A DNA stretch of 64,000 bases. It comes from a virus. Below are positions 46,601-57,300 of this stretch, in pieces. A model generated the notes under the pieces. The model ran no database searches and was not told the DNA's origin. It was given only the letters and a program-made list of their open reading frames with translations. The translations under genes were made by a program, and so were the position numbers. Every line of letters begins with the position of its first letter. Position 1 is the stretch's first letter. The stretch lies in the IMG/VR virus record IMGVR_UViG_3300008113_000108, positions 57,418 through 121,417 of that record. One strand, 5' to 3'.

Positions 46601-46618
46601 TATCCTGTAAACCCATAA
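43610..46618 (+). CDS. tape-measure/baseplate hub-like protein 1 with C-terminal NlpC/P60-CHAP-like domain
   Basis: 1002 aa; helical N-half, LAKGGIVTKPT..GEAGPEA, CASWVR...QPGDVV...HVSI. Confidence 0.7.
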   Translation: MAISLFSLKKSPTQKVTSFIDPTKFGGAASGGRKRLQSEVVEAKIANKEVKELGYIRRALETLVSIEKRHYDLVTDSIKQFVLSEEKRQAREEESMQESSKDKEKNKKEEKNPLVREGKKRLEGFGEFLQGLMKMFIGYKILEWASKPENGKKIQNIINFFGRLFKFIGVIGKGIAIAFGATPIGIVLNNLPKAFDLVIKVIGGIVDFLTFKWMGESIQNVGKLIGDSINVLKIIPESIGKVIDFVTNLIPNFIENVLTEGLFGSQKQLQQELDQSEKTGTATSGSDTGGAPNQQTPQIDFGKVLGDSIKGVASKVLENVIPGGKFISDVGKGISGLFGGDKDLPKLAKGGIVTKPTEAIVGEAGPEAILPLDKLGSFGIADFKGKVDKQIPKFIKLLTLPFKIIGAGIVALISSSVSNIPGLGPVLMPLISNVASMFGIPPSLVKGMSNFAAAAVSTVGKGISGAAEIFGSKEPKIQKTDEFKPSGDTSVRGLLGDILTALISKNSSDTKPTQTPSAPPAGASPAPSAAPTSGAPAMPPNASMAKPGEASVQNLEGTVSDLQKKGFKYVNNTANRFFQDEQGRLYEAARTGSTLAGADKFKLKAVTQEQIDKGFTAAGSERTTGSRNNQEIQRQLEMFRIINEGGTLRKQTTGSETQVKQDGKWQNKATGGNIHGFGDGDKYPALLEAGEYVLNKNAVKGVGGQKFLDKINFDMFPRFGNDISRLYDNDKVVTRTYANGGIIAAAKQAVSQGKRGPASPPCASWVRMVLGMAGSPAANKVTAKGDLDPEKKTWGPNMAASFAGSDMGEIIGSQGNLQPGDVVLHRNTYGNYPAGAVTHVSIASEKKGKIYHQPTSGAPPTEGSIWNFKAGIRLGGSGGTLPTSTTSGGGGGDSSSTPDWSSIGTELGNLFKTMNTPVQAEPQEPPKITASVPATSQRLQSAQKENVKIEAEKRVAGKKSTGNVVTIGDPNRTITESNTKAITQPLGGTTPPIPLSVYPVNP

Positions 46619-46619
46619 C

Positions 46620-49496
46620 ATGCAAACTATCACTCCGATAAAGTCAGGTGCATTTTTAAATTCTAGTAAGCGTTTAGCAGAGCTTACTAGAATTCGTAGT
46701 GCTTCTATTACTTTACTGAAGTATAAAAAAGATAGACTTAAGTTAGAATTAAAGTACAAGCAAACTAGAGATAAGTTTGAAACTAGACAAAATATATTAG
46801 ACAGAGAAAAAGCTCAAGAAAAGAAGAAACAAAAAACTATTAAAAGCAGGCTAGCCAGAAAATCTGAAAGAGCTGCCTCTGGTGGATTACTAGATTTGCT
46901 ATTTACATTTGCAAAACTAAAGGTATTACTTTGGGCAGCAGACCCAAAGAATGTCAAGGCATTACAGGGACTATTTGAATTTTTTAAAGGTGTTTTTAAA
47001 GTCATAGACTTCTTTGCAACTATTGGAGTTGAAGGTCTACTAGGAGGTCTTGGAGATTTAGTATCACCAGAGAGCACAAATATTCAAAGATTATTTGCAG
47101 TCTTCAAGATATTTGGTGGATTCTTTATTCTATCAAAGATGCTTAGATGGTCTAATCCATTTAATGCAATTAAGGATCTTCAAAGAAATAAAGGCATAAT
47201 TTCAAAGATATTTAAATCTCTTGCATCCAAAGATTTTAAATCTGCACTTGATGGAATCAAGAAGTTATTAACTCCTCAAATATTCAGAAAAGGTTTAGGT
47301 CAATCTATTCAGAGAGTAATACTCAAAGTATTTGGAAAGGGTGGACTAAAAGCTGTTCAAGCATTAGCAACAAAGCTAGGATTTAAAACTGCTCAGCAAT
47401 TAGTTAAAGGTGGAATTGCAAAAGGTGCTTCTGCAATTGGAAAGAGAATTCCTTTAATTGGTCCATTTATTGGACTTGGAATTAACTTATTGATGGGCGT
47501 TCCTCTGGATGTCTCTCTAGTTAGATTTGCTGGAGCTGCTGCGGGTGAGTGGATTGGAAGACTTTTATTTGGATTACTAGGTGCATTTTTAGGAAGTGTA
47601 ATTCCAGGTGCTGGCACAGCATTAGGTGGTGCTGCTGGTCTAGCTGTTGGTGGTTTTATTGGAAATCTAATTGGTGAATGGTTGGCAGACTTAATGTATG
47701 GTGGGCTGAAATCTTTATTTGGCGGAAAGAAAAAGGAAGAACCAGCACTTGCAGTTGGTGGTATTGTAACAAAACCAACTAGAGCATTAATTGGTGAAGC
47801 AGGACCAGAAGCAGTCATTCCTCTTGGGCAAATTTATAATGGAAGCATTTTAAATGCTCCTCTTGGAATTGTTGCATCATCAATGATTGGTGGTATTGAT
47901 GCACTCATAACATCAATGGGTCCAGTAGGACTAGCATTCAGACCATTTGCATCTCAATTATTAGCACCATATGCAAGAGAATTTGGAAAGGAAAATTATA
48001 CGTTCTCTTCTAATCTTGCCAAAAAATCTGGAGCAACAATAAAAGCATCTCCTGAAAAAGACACTGAAGATCAGCAGGTATTGAGTGCAGTTGTTGGAAC
48101 AGATCTTCCACTAACAATTATTGATAAGAAGCAAGATGAAAAGCAAGATCGTTATAATACTGGATTTAGTGTTCGTGAAATCCTTGCTGATATTTTAAAC
48201 AACATCATCAACATTGATTTTCGTGATGGAGCTGGTGGTCCTGGTGGTGGAGGAGGCGGTGGCGGTGGAACCGATCAGGCATTGACTGCTGCTGATCTAG
48301 ACGCTATTAAGGCATCATCTGCAGATAAACGTGCTGCAGCTCACCTTGCAACTTTAGAGGCATCTGCCCCACAACATGTTGCCGACGTATATCAAGTTAT
48401 TCTAAACAGAGCTGCTAATCAAAGTGGTGGTATTCCTGCAGTCATTACTGCTAAAGAACAGTTCAGTCCATACTCTGCTGCATTGTATGGCTCAAGTGCT
48501 GATGGTGCTGCTGCTAGAAAATATGGTGGTCTTGGACTAACCAAAAAAGAACTATTTGATTTAGCTGGAAAGTCAGATGGTATTCAACAATTAACTAGTA
48601 GATTCCAAGCTGGAAATCCTAAAGTTGCTGCTCAAGTTCTTGCTGACTTTGAGAAGAATGGACCACTATCTCAGAATGCAAAGAAATTTGTTGGTGGTGC
48701 TCAATACTTCATGGGATATAAAGTTACTTCAAATGATAGAAGAAGATCAGATGGAGGAAACTGGTTCAGAGATAGATACCAAACTGGTGGTGTTGTTGCA
48801 ACTCAAGGTGTTGGTGATACTGGTCCTGGTTATACTATTCAGGGAGCTACAGATCAGAGAGGAAGACCTATAGTATTCTCTCAAGCTGCTGCTTCAGCAT
48901 TCGCAAAAATGATGAAGGATTCGGGTGGAGTAGTCAAAGGATCTGATGTTGCAAGTAGCAAGAGAAGTCCAAAGAAAAATTCTGATGTTGGAGGTGCAGC
49001 TAGGTCTAAGCATCTTTATGGAATCGCTATGGATATTCATGGATCCTCTGAGAAGTGGATTAGAAAGAATGGTTCTAAGTATGGATGGATTGTGAATGAT
49101 TATCCAGGATCTCACGGAGGACACTTTGAGTTTGGTGGTCCTGGAATAAAACCATCTGATGCACAGCAACAACAAAGTGCTCCAGGCAATGAAGGAAATC
49201 AAGATACTTCTGAACCACCAAATTGGGATTCTATTGCTAATGAACTTGGCAATTTATATAAACTACTAAATCCTTCTGCACCTTCAGTAGACTCACAAAG
49301 TCTAGCTTCTCAGAGCATGGACTTTTTACAAGCATCCAAATTGGATGTTAAACTTTCTGATACATATATTATATCACAGGGAAGTACTTCGGTTTCAAGC
49401 TTTAATGTACTAACACCACTTCCTCAAGCAGATTATTCTACTGGTGGATTCTCTCATATGGATAGCTCAGCATACCAATTACAAAGTAGACTATAA
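46620..49496 (+). CDS. tape-measure/baseplate hub-like protein 2 with SleB-like and M15 peptidase domains
   Basis: 958 aa; LAVGGIVTKPT..GEAGPEA; EA...VYQVILNR...QFS; RS...N..VGGA..SKHLYGIAMDI...HFE. Confidence 0.72.
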   Translation: MQTITPIKSGAFLNSSKRLAELTRIRSASITLLKYKKDRLKLELKYKQTRDKFETRQNILDREKAQEKKKQKTIKSRLARKSERAASGGLLDLLFTFAKLKVLLWAADPKNVKALQGLFEFFKGVFKVIDFFATIGVEGLLGGLGDLVSPESTNIQRLFAVFKIFGGFFILSKMLRWSNPFNAIKDLQRNKGIISKIFKSLASKDFKSALDGIKKLLTPQIFRKGLGQSIQRVILKVFGKGGLKAVQALATKLGFKTAQQLVKGGIAKGASAIGKRIPLIGPFIGLGINLLMGVPLDVSLVRFAGAAAGEWIGRLLFGLLGAFLGSVIPGAGTALGGAAGLAVGGFIGNLIGEWLADLMYGGLKSLFGGKKKEEPALAVGGIVTKPTRALIGEAGPEAVIPLGQIYNGSILNAPLGIVASSMIGGIDALITSMGPVGLAFRPFASQLLAPYAREFGKENYTFSSNLAKKSGATIKASPEKDTEDQQVLSAVVGTDLPLTIIDKKQDEKQDRYNTGFSVREILADILNNIINIDFRDGAGGPGGGGGGGGGTDQALTAADLDAIKASSADKRAAAHLATLEASAPQHVADVYQVILNRAANQSGGIPAVITAKEQFSPYSAALYGSSADGAAARKYGGLGLTKKELFDLAGKSDGIQQLTSRFQAGNPKVAAQVLADFEKNGPLSQNAKKFVGGAQYFMGYKVTSNDRRRSDGGNWFRDRYQTGGVVATQGVGDTGPGYTIQGATDQRGRPIVFSQAAASAFAKMMKDSGGVVKGSDVASSKRSPKKNSDVGGAARSKHLYGIAMDIHGSSEKWIRKNGSKYGWIVNDYPGSHGGHFEFGGPGIKPSDAQQQQSAPGNEGNQDTSEPPNWDSIANELGNLYKLLNPSAPSVDSQSLASQSMDFLQASKLDVKLSDTYIISQGSTSVSSFNVLTPLPQADYSTGGFSHMDSSAYQLQSRL

Positions 49497-50818
49497 TGAA
49501 TCAACAATTTGCTGGAGATTTTTCTCTAAAAGAAGTTAGATTATATCCTATAAAAGATGAAGCCAAATTAGCTGGCAACAAAAATTATATTGATATCAAG
49601 CAATTAGTTCAAGAAGTTACTTTATATGAGAGTGTAATTTCTACAAGTTTATACTGTCAATTTGTAGTCCAGGATATTGGAAATAATATCATTGGAGAGT
49701 TACCATTAATTGGTCAAGAGAGAATCGAAGTTATTATATCAACTTTATATGCAAACTATAATCTAAACTTCTACATTCATAAAATTGATGGTAGAGTGAT
49801 GGAAGAAAAGAACCAAGTGTATGTGGTTCATTGTGTAAGTAAAGAAGCATTGATGAATGAATATACTAGAATTCGTGAAAGACTTGGAGGAAAGAAAGCA
49901 GAAGATTTTATTGAAGATAAGTTAAAGACCATCAGCAATAAAAAGTTCAATAAGGATGCTACCTTATATCCTTTCGACATGTATGTTCCGAATTGGAGAT
50001 TATTTGATGCTGCAGTTTGGATGTCTAGAAGAAGTGTAGCATCAAAATATAAAGATTCTGTTGGGTATCTATTTTACGAAACTCTGGAGGGATATAATTT
50101 TAAATCTCTAGATGTTCTGTTCAATGCTCCTCAGTATCCAAACAATTCTACTAGATATGCGTTTGCCCAGGGCAACACTGATGTATCAAAAACAGAAGCC
50201 AACAACTATAGAATCATAAAATATTCTTCTACTAAAGCATTTGATATTTTTGAAGATCTTCGTAATGGAGCCTTCTGCCACAATGCTCTGTATGTTGATA
50301 TCAATAACAGAAACTATCAAAACTGGGTGACAAACGCATCAAGTTATTGGAAAGACATGACTCATTTGGGAAACATGACTCCATTCCCAAATGAAGATTT
50401 ACTCAAGAAGCCATCAAGATTAGTTTATAGACCTACAACTATTTCTACATTTGGATGGAAAGATATGTCTTCATCTGAAATTGAAAGTCTCAATCACATT
50501 GATGAAGTAAACAAGAACTTTGAGAAATCTATCTATAGATATTATTTCCTAGAGTATAACAAGATGGAGATTTCTATTCCAGGAGATCTAAAACTCAGAG
50601 CAGGTAGTGTAATCAATGTTTCTATTCCATCTCCAAAGAGAACTAGCGCAAGCAAGGTAATAGAAGACAAGAGACTTAGTGGAAAGTATTTGGTTCACTC
50701 AGTCAAGCATACGATCCTAAATAGAACTGAATTGAGGACCATTGCCACGTTAACTAGAGATTCTTTTGGAGGCAATGAAATCAATAACATCTCCGCAGAA
50801 ACTAGAGAAACCATCTAA
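49496..50818 (+). CDS. baseplate hub protein (gp27-like)
   Basis: YES, LPLIGQE, FYET..GYNFKSLD, IPGD..L.AG, SGKYLV..V.H. Confidence 0.7.
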   Translation: MNQQFAGDFSLKEVRLYPIKDEAKLAGNKNYIDIKQLVQEVTLYESVISTSLYCQFVVQDIGNNIIGELPLIGQERIEVIISTLYANYNLNFYIHKIDGRVMEEKNQVYVVHCVSKEALMNEYTRIRERLGGKKAEDFIEDKLKTISNKKFNKDATLYPFDMYVPNWRLFDAAVWMSRRSVASKYKDSVGYLFYETLEGYNFKSLDVLFNAPQYPNNSTRYAFAQGNTDVSKTEANNYRIIKYSSTKAFDIFEDLRNGAFCHNALYVDINNRNYQNWVTNASSYWKDMTHLGNMTPFPNEDLLKKPSRLVYRPTTISTFGWKDMSSSEIESLNHIDEVNKNFEKSIYRYYFLEYNKMEISIPGDLKLRAGSVINVSIPSPKRTSASKVIEDKRLSGKYLVHSVKHTILNRTELRTIATLTRDSFGGNEINNISAETRETI

Positions 50819-51033
50819 TGGATAACAATTTAGACAACCATATAGAAAAAAATCGCAGTGAGATTTTTGATCCCAACACAAATTCTCAGCGTCGTCGTTT
50901 CCTAGAGGGTGAACTAGATTCCCTATTGAAGTACAAAGAAAATAATCCAAGTAAAATTGAAGACCCAACACCTTTAGAATTATTCTGTGATGAAAATCCA
51001 GATGCTCCTGAATGCCGCATTTACGAAGTTTAA
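50818..51033 (+). CDS. cp12: CP12 Calvin cycle inhibitor (phage type)
   Basis: PTPLELFCDENPDAPECRIYE. Confidence 0.88.
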   Translation: MDNNLDNHIEKNRSEIFDPNTNSQRRRFLEGELDSLLKYKENNPSKIEDPTPLELFCDENPDAPECRIYEV

Positions 51034-51036
51034 TTC

Positions 51037-53478
51037 ATGTCAATTAATCCTACATTACAAAGCTCTGCTTTCCTTGGCAATAGTGACTTTACTTGGTGGT
51101 TAGGCACAGTAGAGAACTCTGATGATAGAGATGCCAAGTTGGGTAGAGTTCGTGTAAAAATTCTTGGATTTCATGATCCATATGAAAAGCCAGAAAATTT
51201 ACCTTGGGCTTTAGTTCTTCAACCAACTACAAACCCTGCAATTAGTGGTGTAGGTAATGCTGCCAACTCTTTGAAGGCAGGAAGTTTTGTTATGGGATTT
51301 TTCCTAGACTATCCAGATTGTCAGCAGCCTGTAGTTCTAGGATCATTTTATAGCCAAATCAAATCAGTAGTAATTCCAGACTCTCCATCTGCAGCCACAA
51401 ATCCTGGTGCTGTAAATGCCATCACTCCAAAGCAAACTGAGACTGGACAACCACAAGATTCAGAAAGAACCAATGATGCGGGAGGTCTTGCATCTGAATC
51501 TGTAGCTGCATCTTCTCTTCCTGCTTCACCATCTAATCCATCAGGTAATTTAGGTGCAACTTCAGTTGCAGATGGTAAAGATGGTCCTGCTAAAACTCTA
51601 GCAGAAGATATCAAAAGATGTATTGAAGGTCTTGGAAATATATTTAAGACTGGTATTGTATATAATCCAAATGCTTTAAACCCAACTCTGACCCATGATG
51701 TTTCTATTGAACAAAATTATATTCCTGTTGCTAATGTAGGATCATTTCCTCCAGTAGGGCAAATTAAAATTGGAAATGAGGTGATTGGATATAATGGAAA
51801 GAATGAAACATCTCTAGTTCTCCTCAAACGAGGAATGAATAAATCTAAACCTGTTGCTCACACTAAAGGTGCATCAGTAACTTATATCAAGAAAACTGAT
51901 ACTCCTATTGAGATCTACGGTAAGTTTACCAACAAAGTTGTTGATCTAAAGAGTGCTGTAGATAGATGCTTACAGGTAATCAGAAACTTAATTTGGTATG
52001 TCGTCAACCAAGTTAAGTCTTGGTTAATGGCAGAGGTTACAAAAATTCTAAATGCAATTGGTCTAGCTTCCAGCAGTCCAATTCCGTATTTTGTTAAGAC
52101 TGTAACTGAAGTTATCATTCAGATTCTGAGAACCATTGGTTGCACTTTAGATGAAGCTTTAGTTGATGCTTTGATGAAAGGAATTGAAGGATTCATCAAG
52201 GACTTTGTAGAGAATCTTGCTAATGATCTTCTATCTCTAGCAGAAAATTACATTCGATTTGCAGAAGAATGTATCAATAATGTATTTGGTTCTATATTTG
52301 AAATCGTTTCTATTGGAACTGAAATTGCAAATGCAGTCACTGGAATCATTCAGCTAATTGAAAGTGTTGGTAAGATTGGAGAGATGGGTGCTCTATTTGA
52401 TTCCGATGGATATGTCAATGCAAACTTACTATCAAATGTTGGAAACATTGTATCATTCATTCTAAACTTACTTGGCATCGGTTGCAATAGAACTACTGAT
52501 TCTCCAATTCAAATAGATTGGAACGAATGTTCCCTAACAGGAAATAATTGTAATCCATTTAACTTCAGAGTTACAAATAATATTCAAGGTAAATGGAACC
52601 CAGAATATTCTAAGCAGTTTATTCAAGCTAGTGAAAGACATGTTATTGTTATGGATGATACTCCATATAATAACAGACTTGTCATTGAAGCTGTTGGCAG
52701 TAGAACTGGTTTCCAAATTGATGATGATGGAAATATTCGTGTTACAAATAGTAACAATAAAGTTGAAGTAACTTTTGGAAAGCAAGAAGTTACTATCATG
52801 GGAGATGCTCACGTTAAAGTCAAAGGAAATTATCACCTCAAAGTCGGTGGCGATTACCATTTAGAAGTCGATGGAAAGTATAGTGTCTTTGCAAACAGAG
52901 AAAGTAAAGTAACATATAATGGCGAGCACGAAACAATTTACAAGAATGATTCTAAACTCAGCGCCGCAAATGGATTTGCTCTAGCTGCATCTAAACTTGG
53001 ACTATCTGCATCAGGTCAATTAGATTTGTATGCACCTTCATTCAGCACATTCTGCACAGAACAAAACCATCTCTGTACTGGTTCATGGAACTTGTTTGCT
53101 CTATATGATAACAAATACATTGGATTGAATTCCTTCAGACTTATTGGTGCCAATAAGATTAGTTTGCGTGCTGGAGCAAATACTGATATTGGCACAGGTA
53201 TTTCAAATACATTCCAAGCAGCATTGGAAAACACTTGGAAAGGTGGTATTTTGAATACTACTATCATGGGAACCAACAATACAAACAAGCTAGCTATTGA
53301 TTCCAAGAATACTGTTGGTGTTACATCTAAGTCTAGACTTGCAGTGCAGATTGAATCTGTTGGCGGACCAAACTTCTGTGCGATTGCTGCACCAGAGTCT
53401 AGAGATTCTGCTGGACCTATTATAGATAGAAGTGCAACTCTCTGCATGAGACAAGCACCGATCATTATTGATAACTAA
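51037..53478 (+). CDS. gp5: baseplate central spike
   Basis: OB fold WWLGTVE..D...LGRVRV...LPWA...GFFLD...QQPVVLGS; C-terminal V.G beta-helix repeats. Confidence 0.88.
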   Translation: MSINPTLQSSAFLGNSDFTWWLGTVENSDDRDAKLGRVRVKILGFHDPYEKPENLPWALVLQPTTNPAISGVGNAANSLKAGSFVMGFFLDYPDCQQPVVLGSFYSQIKSVVIPDSPSAATNPGAVNAITPKQTETGQPQDSERTNDAGGLASESVAASSLPASPSNPSGNLGATSVADGKDGPAKTLAEDIKRCIEGLGNIFKTGIVYNPNALNPTLTHDVSIEQNYIPVANVGSFPPVGQIKIGNEVIGYNGKNETSLVLLKRGMNKSKPVAHTKGASVTYIKKTDTPIEIYGKFTNKVVDLKSAVDRCLQVIRNLIWYVVNQVKSWLMAEVTKILNAIGLASSSPIPYFVKTVTEVIIQILRTIGCTLDEALVDALMKGIEGFIKDFVENLANDLLSLAENYIRFAEECINNVFGSIFEIVSIGTEIANAVTGIIQLIESVGKIGEMGALFDSDGYVNANLLSNVGNIVSFILNLLGIGCNRTTDSPIQIDWNECSLTGNNCNPFNFRVTNNIQGKWNPEYSKQFIQASERHVIVMDDTPYNNRLVIEAVGSRTGFQIDDDGNIRVTNSNNKVEVTFGKQEVTIMGDAHVKVKGNYHLKVGGDYHLEVDGKYSVFANRESKVTYNGEHETIYKNDSKLSAANGFALAASKLGLSASGQLDLYAPSFSTFCTEQNHLCTGSWNLFALYDNKYIGLNSFRLIGANKISLRAGANTDIGTGISNTFQAALENTWKGGILNTTIMGTNNTNKLAIDSKNTVGVTSKSRLAVQIESVGGPNFCAIAAPESRDSAGPIIDRSATLCMRQAPIIIDN

Positions 53479-53541
53479 TATTACAGGGGTTGACAGGCCG
53501 AGTCCTGTGTGCTATGATACCTAGGTATTGAACCCCTGCCT

Positions 53542-53727
53542 ATGAACATCCGATCCGACTCAACGCTAAACCGAGTGGAAGTTGATGTTCTTTCTAGAAC
53601 TATTCATCTTCATGGCGATGATGGAGAGTACCTTGAAGTACATGAACCAGATCCACAAGACTTTACAAACATGTGTAACTTTATCAATGAAAGTTTGAAT
53701 ACTGATATGATTGAGTACAAGTATTGA
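53542..53727 (+). CDS. small hypothetical protein
   Basis: 61-aa ORF with TTGACA-17-TATGAT promoter upstream. Confidence 0.7.
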   Translation: MNIRSDSTLNRVEVDVLSRTIHLHGDDGEYLEVHEPDPQDFTNMCNFINESLNTDMIEYKY

Positions 53728-53811
53728 AAATCAAAATGCCCCTTTAATTACCAAATACCCCCAAAAAAATTCCCCAGGATTTTTTGTCCTATAGGTTTTT
53801 TTGGGTTTATT

Positions 53812-53894
53812 GGGCGTATGGTGAAATTGGTAAACACAACTGACTTAAAATCAGTCGAGGATTCCTCTTGTCGGTTCAAGTCCGACTATGCCCA
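53812..53894 (+). tRNA. tRNA-Leu(TAA)
   Basis: GGGCGTA/TATGCCC acceptor, CT-TAA-AA loop, variable arm. Confidence 0.94.
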
Positions 53895-53925
53895 TAAATA
53901 AATCATCGTTTATTTTGACACGGAA

Positions 53926-54261
53926 TTGAAAAAGCTAGGAAAACACTGTGTAGCAGAACTGTACGGCTGCGATCATTCAATTCTCGATAACGAGAAAACT
54001 TTAATTGAATTAATCAAAGAATCTATTGATATTGCTGACGCAACTCTTTTAGACATTTGCTCTTATAAATTCCAGCCACAGGGGGTTACAATCGTAGCTT
54101 TGCTGTCAGAAAGTCATATTTCTATTCACACTTGGCCCGAAGATGGCAACGTCGCATTAGACGTTTTTACCTGCGGAAGTTCTAAGCCAGATTTAGCACT
54201 TTTGCACATCATAAACTTCCTAAAACCATCTGAATATAACATGAATTGCTTTGATCGGTAA
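53926..54261 (+). CDS. speD: S-adenosylmethionine decarboxylase proenzyme
   Basis: LGKH...ELYGC, FQPQGVT, ESHISIHTWPE, DVFTCG. Confidence 0.95.
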   Translation: MKKLGKHCVAELYGCDHSILDNEKTLIELIKESIDIADATLLDICSYKFQPQGVTIVALLSESHISIHTWPEDGNVALDVFTCGSSKPDLALLHIINFLKPSEYNMNCFDR

Positions 54262-54314
54262 GCATATCTAGTATAAATAAATCTAGATTTTTTACCTCCG
54301 TCACGGTAACTCAT

Positions 54315-57300
54315 ATGGCTTTAACTAGAATCACTTCTGGTGGTATTGCTCCTGGTGTTGTCATTAAGTTTGATAATAATAATACTCCAACATCTCCAGC
54401 TTTCAGTTTCAATAATCCTAGCGATACTGGAACTGGTATCTATCAACCAGCAACTAACGAAATTGGTATTGCAACTGCTGGACAACCAAGGCTGATTGTT
54501 AAAGCTGACGGTAAAGTTATTTCATATAACGAAGACGGGACTCCTGCAGTACTTGGTGGTACTAACCCAGACTTCGTAAATGCTAGCAATATTATGCTTT
54601 ATGTCAACCAGTCTGACTTAAATGCGACTGATGCATTATCCAACGACGGAGGTAATGTAAACAGACCATTCAAATCAATTGAACGTGCTCTACTAGAAGC
54701 TGCACGTAGAAGCTATGTTGCTGGCAATAGCAATGATAAGTTTGAGGCATTCACCATCATGGTTATGCCTGGCGACTATACTATTGACAACCGCCCAGGT
54801 GTTATCGGAACAAATAATCTAACATTCACGAACTTTGAACAGGAACTATACAAGTTCAACCCTAAGAATGGTGGCGTTATCGTTCCTAGAGGTACTTCTA
54901 TCGTCGGTTACGACCTTCGTAAGACAGTTATTCGTCCTAAGTTCGTTCCAACTCCTAGCGGAGTGCTTGGAGCAGATACTGGAGATGCTTACAGAATCAG
55001 TCATGTGCTGTATGATGCAGCAAACATGATGGAGAGAAACCGTGGATACATCCAGGAGCAAGCATGGCTATATGCTAAGTCTCAGTATCCTTCTCTCACT
55101 TATCTAAACGATACTTGCAAGAGAGATATCGGTTACTTCATTGATGGAATTATTTCTGACCTTCGCCAAGGTGGAAACCAGAACTCTTTCATCGTCGGTG
55201 AATTCTACACTGATGGAACAACTTGGAAGTTCCTAAATTCACCAAACGAGAGAGCAGCAACCAAGGTCGCATTCAACTATGCAAGAGACCTACTCGTAAA
55301 GGCTGCAAATAACTGGGCAGGTTCATATGCTCATACTCCACTTGCAGGTTCTACAGTAACTAAGACCACATTTAGTGCTGGTGTAGATTATACAGTAGGA
55401 AATGGCGACTGCTCATCTGTCGAGTCTGCAGTTACTGTTCTAACATCAATCGTAACTGGAATCATTGATTATCCAGATACATATACAACTCTTTACAATA
55501 AGACTCCTGGTGTATTTGAACAGACCTCCATCTTCAAGGTAACTGGTGGTTGTTATTTCTGGCAGATGACCTTCAAGGATGCAAAGACTGCTCCTTTCAA
55601 TGGCGTAACATATAATATTAGTGGAGTTCCATCATTCACCACTGCTGCAGACGCTAACTACTCTCACCATAAAGTTGTTGCATTTACATATGCAGACCAA
55701 AGAACAACTGATGGTGAACTAGATCAATACTACAAGAAGATTGACCTCTGGGATACCACAATTGATGGTGGTAACGCAAGACAGGTTAAGAAGGAAGAAT
55801 ACGAGATCGTTGGTGATAGAAGCAAGAACACCACAATTGATACTGTTAACTCCTGCTCACCATACATCTTCAACTGTTCACTACGTTCTGTCCTCGGTAT
55901 GTGCGGTATGCATACTGATGGTAGCAAAGTTGCAGAGAACAGCTTCAAGTCAATGGTTGTTGCTCAGTTCACTGGTATCTCACTTCAGAGAGACAACAAC
56001 GCATTCTATCAGCCAAAAGATCTTGAAGGAGATAATAATAACTCACTATACAACGATTCAACTGGTACTACTAATCCACCAATCTACGCAGATCCTGATG
56101 CAGAGTATCGTCCAGAATGGAGACACTTCCACATCAAGGCATCTAACGGTGGCTTCATTCAGGTAGTTTCCGTTTTCGCAGTTGGTTATGCTGACCAGTT
56201 CCTAGCTGAGTCTGGTGGTGATATGTCTATCACCAACTCCAACTCTAACTTCGGTCAGATCTCTCTGCGTGCTAAGGGTGCTCAGTTCAGTGCATTCGCA
56301 CCTGCTTCACAAGGTAAGATCACTGCTGTTATTCCACCAAGAGGTATTTCTTCAACTCAGAGTTCTGCTGAATTCTATGCAATTGATTACTCAACCACTT
56401 GGCAGAAGAACGGACAAGGTGACAAGATTTACAATGCAAACCAAGTTGCAACTTTCACCTCTAACCAGAACAAGTTCAGAATTTACCTAGATATCGGTGG
56501 TCTAAACTCAGAGAATGATATTCCAGAACTCATTGTAGATGCAGTAGATCAAACCTCTGGAACCACAGTAACCAAGAGATATCTAAACTTCGGTAGCAAC
56601 GGAAACTATAATCTATTCAGAGATTACTACAGCACTTCAGGTACAATAGCTGCATCTGAAGCTAAGATTCAAACTACAGTAGAAACTGAAACTGGTGGAG
56701 TCAATACTTACACTGCAGCAGTTGCTATTAATGGAGAAACTGCTGGTGAAACAACAGGAAATAACGCTCAGAGACAAGGTTATTTCTGGGATCCAACAGT
56801 AAATAAAGTATACATTAAGATCAATGCAGACGATGCTGCAACTGATGCTTTCCTCAGTAACTTCATCTTTGCCACAACTTCAGAATCAGTATTCACCACA
56901 ACTGAAACTACAAACCCAGATGGTTCTATTTCAATTGTAACTGGAACCAGCAATATCACTGTTCTTCAGTACTTCGATGGATTCCCATCAACTCTAGCTA
57001 CTGCTAAGTACATTGATAACAGAGCATCATCACCTAATGATCTACTCTGGAGAATTGAATATACAATTCCAAAGGGCATTTCAACTATTCCAAAGCCACC
57101 TGAGAAGAGATTCGTCATCAAGGGTACTCGCCCAGAAAACGGTGTTGATGGTATGCCATACACCGATTATCGCTTCATGATCTGGGACGTTGAAGAAATC
57201 ACTTCATGGGAAAAGAATGTACGTGATGGCAGATATTATCTAACAGTTATTCGTACAGATATCAACAAGTTTGTAGATTCAACTGCAAACACTCCTGATA

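Noticed and set aside
44071-53465. Long antisense ORFs (for example 44500-45027, 47393-47818, 53016-53465)
   Set aside because: Shadows of Gly/Ala-rich sense genes; no RBS or recognisable motifs
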